Of a stretch of DNA of 27,419 bases, positions 23,344 to 27,419 are shown piece by piece. Under the pieces are notes generated by a model. The model was not told the DNA's origin and searched no databases. It was given only the letters and a program-made list of their open reading frames with translations. The position numbers and the translations under genes are program-made. How positions within the stretch are numbered: the first letter of the stretch is position 1; the number at the start of each line of letters is the position of its first letter. The DNA is from a virus (taxonomy: Duplodnaviria; Caudoviricetes): positions 1 to 27,419 of the IMG/VR virus record IMGVR_UViG_3300034354_000147; one strand, 5' to 3'.

Positions 23344-25040
23344 TCGAACACCGCCACCACCGGCGTGGTCACCCTGGCGCTGTTGCCGTTCTGCTGAAAC
23401 TGGATCCTGATCCTGTCGTCGTCGATGCGCACCTTCTCCACGAAGTCAATGCGCTCGACCTGCGCCGGCGTGAAGGTCGACGGCCAGGTCCCGTTGAGCG
23501 TCAGCGTCTCCTCGTTTGCTCCGACCTCGACCGATCCGAGCACCGTGCGCAGCAGCGCGGGCGCACCGGTGGTGAAAGCCACACGGATGACGTTCAGCGG
23601 CTGGCGTTGGCGAATAAAGCGCGTATAGCCGATGTTGGAAATCGTCAGCGCGGCCGAGGCCGACAACAGGTTCTGCGTCGGCACCAGATCCGGGCGGAAA
23701 CGCGCCAGGTAGAACGAGATCTGCCGCCCGCGCAGCAGGTACATCAGCTGCCGCAGCTGCCAAACAGCCTGCCGACCCTGCGCGAAGAAGGTCTTCATGC
23801 TGCCGCGCTTGCTGCGGTCCCAGGCCGACGTGCGCTCAACCTGACCAGTGTCGCCGTCGATCACGACCACCTTGCGCGTGTAGCTCTGCGCGCTGGTTCC
23901 CTTGACAACGTTCGGGTCGTCCAGCAGCACCTTGCTGTTGAAGGTCGAGAAGGCCGCGCCGCTGGACAAGTCCAGCGCGTTATCCTCGATGTCGAAGCGC
24001 GAGCTCATCTCCTCGAGGCTGACCGGATGGCGCTCGCCCTGGATCACGTCGCTTGCACGCCCGATCTGCACCGGGAAGACCGACGTGCCGATGGGATAGA
24101 CGTTGGCGATCGGGTTCTCGAATTCGATCGTCGTCGCCGTGATTGCCACGATCGTCTGCACGTCGAACAGCGTGCGGTCGATCAGCACCACCGCCAGCCC
24201 GCCAACGCGCAGGTCTACGAACGCCGTCGAGACGACGTTGATGATGAGGTCGCCAGGGCTGATGGCGACGGTCAGGAACATCTCGTCGAACCACAGCGGC
24301 AGCCCGAACGGCCGGTGCTGCCAGTCGAAGATGGCGGCCTCGACCGCCATGCGTTCCTCGCCCTCCTCGATCTTGTAGTCGTACAGGAACGCCTGGCGCG
24401 GATAGCGGCGCGGTGACGGGCGCAGCTCGCTGCCATCCTTGGCCTCCTGCACGTCAGTCAAAAAGCCCAGCTCCTCGACGAATGGCAGCTCAGGCCGCGG
24501 GAAGAACAGCACGATGCGCTGGATGTCGACCGGCACGAGGATGGTGCTGCCGTCGTCGAAGACGAACTCCATCTCGTCGTCAACGATCGGCTCGCCCTCC
24601 AGCGAGACCTGCAGCACCATCTGAATGCCGCCCAGCGGCGGAATCAGCACCGGCACACCGGGGAAGCCTGAGATCGTCGTGCCCGAGTCGGCGACCGGAA
24701 CGAACGTCAGCCAGGTGATGTAGGCCTTGCGGTAGCCGTTGAAGACCTCGAAGGCGCCAGCCTGCGACGACAGCACGTTGCCGAACGAGAAGAAGCGTGG
24801 CACGACGTGCATGCGCTCGAAGAAGTCGATGCCGCTGGTCATGCTCAGCTGCTCCTCGCCGCTGAACGCCTGCTCAACCTCGTCGTCGACAACAGCCGGC
24901 GTGTGCACGCCCATCGTCGGGTCGACCTCGACCGCGAACGTGACGTGCGGCAGCGCCATGGGCATGGCGAACGCCACCGTCGCGCCGAACCGCTCGGCCT
25001 GCAGCCGGTAGTCGACCAGCACCCCAGAGAACGTCGCCAC
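23340..25040 (-). CDS. Virion structural/tail protein (566 aa)
   Basis: EELGFLTDV.EAKDGSELR...PRQAF and LLRGRQISFY motifs. Size and position before DUF2163 match YuA/D3112-like tail modules. Confidence 0.8.
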   Translation of the reverse strand: MATFSGVLVDYRLQAERFGATVAFAMPMALPHVTFAVEVDPTMGVHTPAVVDDEVEQAFSGEEQLSMTSGIDFFERMHVVPRFFSFGNVLSSQAGAFEVFNGYRKAYITWLTFVPVADSGTTISGFPGVPVLIPPLGGIQMVLQVSLEGEPIVDDEMEFVFDDGSTILVPVDIQRIVLFFPRPELPFVEELGFLTDVQEAKDGSELRPSPRRYPRQAFLYDYKIEEGEERMAVEAAIFDWQHRPFGLPLWFDEMFLTVAISPGDLIINVVSTAFVDLRVGGLAVVLIDRTLFDVQTIVAITATTIEFENPIANVYPIGTSVFPVQIGRASDVIQGERHPVSLEEMSSRFDIEDNALDLSSGAAFSTFNSKVLLDDPNVVKGTSAQSYTRKVVVIDGDTGQVERTSAWDRSKRGSMKTFFAQGRQAVWQLRQLMYLLRGRQISFYLARFRPDLVPTQNLLSASAALTISNIGYTRFIRQRQPLNVIRVAFTTGAPALLRTVLGSVEVGANEETLTLNGTWPSTFTPAQVERIDFVEKVRIDDDRIRIQFQQNGNSARVTTPVVAVFE

Positions 25041-25043
25041 GGC

Positions 25044-26045
25044 CTACGCCGTTTCCTTGCGGTAGGCGATCCCAGAGAAGTAGGTGCGGTAGGCCACGTT
25101 GTCCGACGTTCGGATCCCCAGCGGCAGCATGACGTAGGTGTCGGCGCCCACCGTCACCTCCTCGCCAGCAGAGAAGTTGCGGATGTTGATCCCGCGCACG
25201 TCTGGCAGATAACCAAGCAAGTGCCGTCGCGTGGTGGCGACCGACTCGGCGTGCCAGATCGGGATCTTGTACATGGGGATCAGGCCCGTCAGCGACGAGC
25301 CATTGAACACGCCGAAGCTGCGCGCCACAGGCCCGCCGCGGTAGCCGCCGCGAATGCGCTCGCGCGCGATGCCTGCGGTGTCGAGCCCCGTCGAGACAGC
25401 CGTCGTCGTGCCACCGATGACGCCCCACTTCCCGGCGCCGGGCTGGCCGGTCAGCCCCTCGCAGTGCACGGTTGCCGCCATCGGCATGCCCGTGGCGGTG
25501 TAGAGCCCATCCAGCAGCGCCGACTCCGAGATGTCGATCGGGGTGTGGTTCGTCGAGCCGCCCATCATGTGGCCGTAGCAGTACTCGCCGCCGGTCCACG
25601 TCCCGACCTTCTCGATGTTGCCGAAGCCGAGGTGTCGGAAGGCGCCTGTGGCAAACTCAACCCCGACGTGCAGGTAGGCTGGCCCGCTGTCCTGCTCAAA
25701 GAAGTGGTAGGACAGGAACGGCCCGTTCCCGATGTCGCTGACGTGGCGCTCGTCGTCCAGCAGCGTCGTGACGTGCGACGTGGTCGCGTTGTATCCGTTG
25801 CCGCTGTCGTTCGGGTGCGTACCGGGCTGGTTGCCGCCGGTGTAGCCCAGCGCCTGGTGCATCGACATGGCCACCGGTGTGGCCACGGTCCAGCGCGCAG
25901 AGACGAAGACGTTGCCCTTGTGCAGCGCCCAGCTGCCGCCGGCGGTGTCGAGCTGGTCGCTTGTCCAGCCGTTGGCCCCCGCGAACGTGTGCAGCTGGGT
26001 CAGCAGGTCGGCGAGCGTGGTCGCGGTCCCCTTCTGGTACGCCAC
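25044..26045 (-). CDS. Virion structural protein (333 aa)
   Basis: MAYQKGTATTLADLL..L..F....GW, YLHVGVEF..G.FRHLGFG and LGYLPDVRGINI motifs. Synteny. Confidence 0.8.
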   Translation of the reverse strand: MAYQKGTATTLADLLTQLHTFAGANGWTSDQLDTAGGSWALHKGNVFVSARWTVATPVAMSMHQALGYTGGNQPGTHPNDSGNGYNATTSHVTTLLDDERHVSDIGNGPFLSYHFFEQDSGPAYLHVGVEFATGAFRHLGFGNIEKVGTWTGGEYCYGHMMGGSTNHTPIDISESALLDGLYTATGMPMAATVHCEGLTGQPGAGKWGVIGGTTTAVSTGLDTAGIARERIRGGYRGGPVARSFGVFNGSSLTGLIPMYKIPIWHAESVATTRRHLLGYLPDVRGINIRNFSAGEEVTVGADTYVMLPLGIRTSDNVAYRTYFSGIAYRKETA

Positions 26046-26048
26046 GTC

Positions 26049-27419
26049 TCAGTCCTCCCTCATCGCCAGGTAGCTGTAGGTCGCGGTTCGATTGCCGTTG
26101 TAGAACATGCGGTAGCGATTCGTCGCGGCGCTGACGATCTCGTCCTCCGCACTCTCACCATTCGCCTGGCTGACCCAAAACAGGCCGTCGACCTCACCCA
26201 TCTGGACGTAGGCGTCTGGGTTGGCGGTGATGTCGCTGCGCAGCACGACGCACGGGAACAGCGGGATCTCGCCGCCATAGGACGGGTAGATGAACACGGC
26301 ACCGGCGCCGTCAAGGAAGATGACGTCGTCCCAGTTGAAGCCGTTTCCCTCATCAATGATCCGGTCATCGACAACCAGCTGCGTCACGGTTGACGGCCCG
26401 AAGCCGGCAGGATAGAGCGTGTTGTCGTTCTGCCGCGTCGAAAGGTTGAGCGTCGTGTCAGTGGTGAAGTCGAAGTTGCGAACGCTGACCCAGCTGCCGT
26501 TGGGATCCCAGACGTACGCTGGCCCGCTGCCGCCTGTGCGGCCCAGCACCTCGCTAAGGCCCGAGACGATCCCCGACGTGTCCTGATACCAACCGGTCAG
26601 CCGGTTCGTGGCACCAGCGATGTAGAGCGGGTAGGGGAACTCGCTGGTGGTGCCGAGCTGGTTCAGGAAGCCCAGGTGCCATCCCATGTAGCGCGTCAGC
26701 GAGGCAGTGCGCGTCTTGGCATTGCCCATGAGGCGCCGCGGGGTCACGCTAACCCAGAAGTCCATGTCGAAGGCGTCGGTTGGCTTCAGAGGAACAAACG
26801 CCCCGACGTTCAGCGACGTGGTGATCGCGCCGCTGGCTTGCAGGCCAGGGCTGATGTCCGGCTGCTGGTGGAAAGGCAGCAGCGGGTTGTAGGTCGACAT
26901 GCCGAACAGGGCCCAGTTGAAGGTGGTCGCGCTCGCGGCCGCGTTCGAGCCCTGCCAGGTTTTGATGCCAACCACGATCGCGTCCGTCGCGCCGTAGCCC
27001 TCGCCCTCGAGAATGACAACCTGGTCCAGCGAGGAGGAGAAAGCCCAGGTTACGTTCAGAGTTGCGCCAGTGCCGCCAGCGGGCGCCACCGTGGTGACCA
27101 CGGGGTTCGTGGGGACCTCCTCGTACTTGCCAGCGCTCAGCAGGGTAACCGTAGCCACGGCCGAGCCGGATAGGGTCGCAACGGTGAACGTCGCCGCGCT
27201 GCCGCCGTCGCCTAGCACGCCACCAACCACCGTCAGCACATTGCCGACCGAGTAGCCCGTGCCGCCGGCGGCCACCGTGGCGCTGGCAGCAATCTGGCTG
27301 CGCCTGCGCAGGACCCAGCCAGTGAAGTCCATCGTCAGGTCCATGGTCGCGCCGGCACCGGTACCGCCTGTGACCGCGTTGCCGCTGAGCGTCGGATTGA
27401 CCGTGTAGGCGCCGCCAGT
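26049..27419 (-). CDS. Virion structural/tail protein with Gly/Thr-rich repeat insertions, 5' end outside the window
   Basis: The frame stays open to 27419 (TGGAYTVNPTLSGNAVTGGTGAGATMDL...). C-terminal EFPYPLYIAG and MGEVDGLFWVS motifs. Confidence 0.8.
   Translation of the reverse strand, partial: TGGAYTVNPTLSGNAVTGGTGAGATMDLTMDFTGWVLRRRSQIAASATVAAGGTGYSVGNVLTVVGGVLGDGGSAATFTVATLSGSAVATVTLLSAGKYEEVPTNPVVTTVAPAGGTGATLNVTWAFSSSLDQVVILEGEGYGATDAIVVGIKTWQGSNAAASATTFNWALFGMSTYNPLLPFHQQPDISPGLQASGAITTSLNVGAFVPLKPTDAFDMDFWVSVTPRRLMGNAKTRTASLTRYMGWHLGFLNQLGTTSEFPYPLYIAGATNRLTGWYQDTSGIVSGLSEVLGRTGGSGPAYVWDPNGSWVSVRNFDFTTDTTLNLSTRQNDNTLYPAGFGPSTVTQLVVDDRIIDEGNGFNWDDVIFLDGAGAVFIYPSYGGEIPLFPCVVLRSDITANPDAYVQMGEVDGLFWVSQANGESAEDEIVSAATNRYRMFYNGNRTATYSYLAMRED

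Larger units (their letters stand above)
1..27419 (-). mobile_element. Tailed dsDNA phage/prophage segment (siphovirus-like tail module, early genes, lysis-like genes and a recombination/replication module)
   Basis: Co-oriented, tightly packed minus-strand genes include a tail-tip protein, a DUF2163 protein, a Sak4-like ATPase, a Cas4-like exonuclease, ERCC4, RecD2, DnaG and many small hypotheticals. No host housekeeping genes. Both ends run off the window. Confidence 0.93.

Noticed and set aside
10503-25046. Possible TAG reassignment: many genes end in TAG and several TAGs are in frame with the next start (25044, 22519, 19654, 17913, 11029, 10558)
   Set aside because: No conserved gene contains an internal TAG. 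Genes end at family-typical C-termini. TAA and TGA stops show the same 3-nt spacing (9409, 26049), and many TAGs are out of frame with the next gene.
133-27255. Long + strand ORFs in the track (e.g. 1443-2438, 18685-19575, 24807-26393)
   Set aside because: They are antisense shadows of GC3-biased minus-strand genes, with no motifs and no RBS.
19654-27419. Diversity-generating retroelement targeting tail genes
   Set aside because: No reverse transcriptase and no adenine-mismatched repeat pair was noticed in the window.

Overview
A 27.4-kb, GC-rich segment of a tailed dsDNA phage or prophage, probably siphovirus-like. Essentially all real genes lie on the minus strand; the long + strand ORFs in the track look like antisense shadows. 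In the direction of transcription (right to left) the modules are: (1) a YuA/D3112-style tail module with three virion proteins, a DUF2163/BR0599 protein and a 953-aa tail-tip protein; (2) a small two-gene moron; (3) a ~450-bp structured non-coding gap; (4) an early/host-takeover cluster (LPD29, DUF4388-like, Zn ribbon, RadC/JAB); (5) accessory genes (tandem Myb-like HTH, beta-helix protein); (6) a holin/lipoprotein cluster; (7) a recombination-replication module (DUF6011, Cas4-like exonuclease, Sak4-like ATPase, SSB-like, ERCC4 nuclease, RecD2 helicase, and a DnaG primase running off the left edge). Two findings stand out, and the ORF track misses both. First, a 92-codon gene (11029-11307, minus) has an in-frame TGA followed by a bacterial SECIS-like GGUC-loop hairpin, making it a candidate phage-encoded selenoprotein. 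Second, a ~1.33-kb lower-GC fragment (integrase tail, XRE, truncated ImmA) is bounded by CCAG direct repeats and splits a small phage gene that rejoins perfectly in frame when the insert is removed. Family assignments come from motifs recognised by eye, not from database searches.
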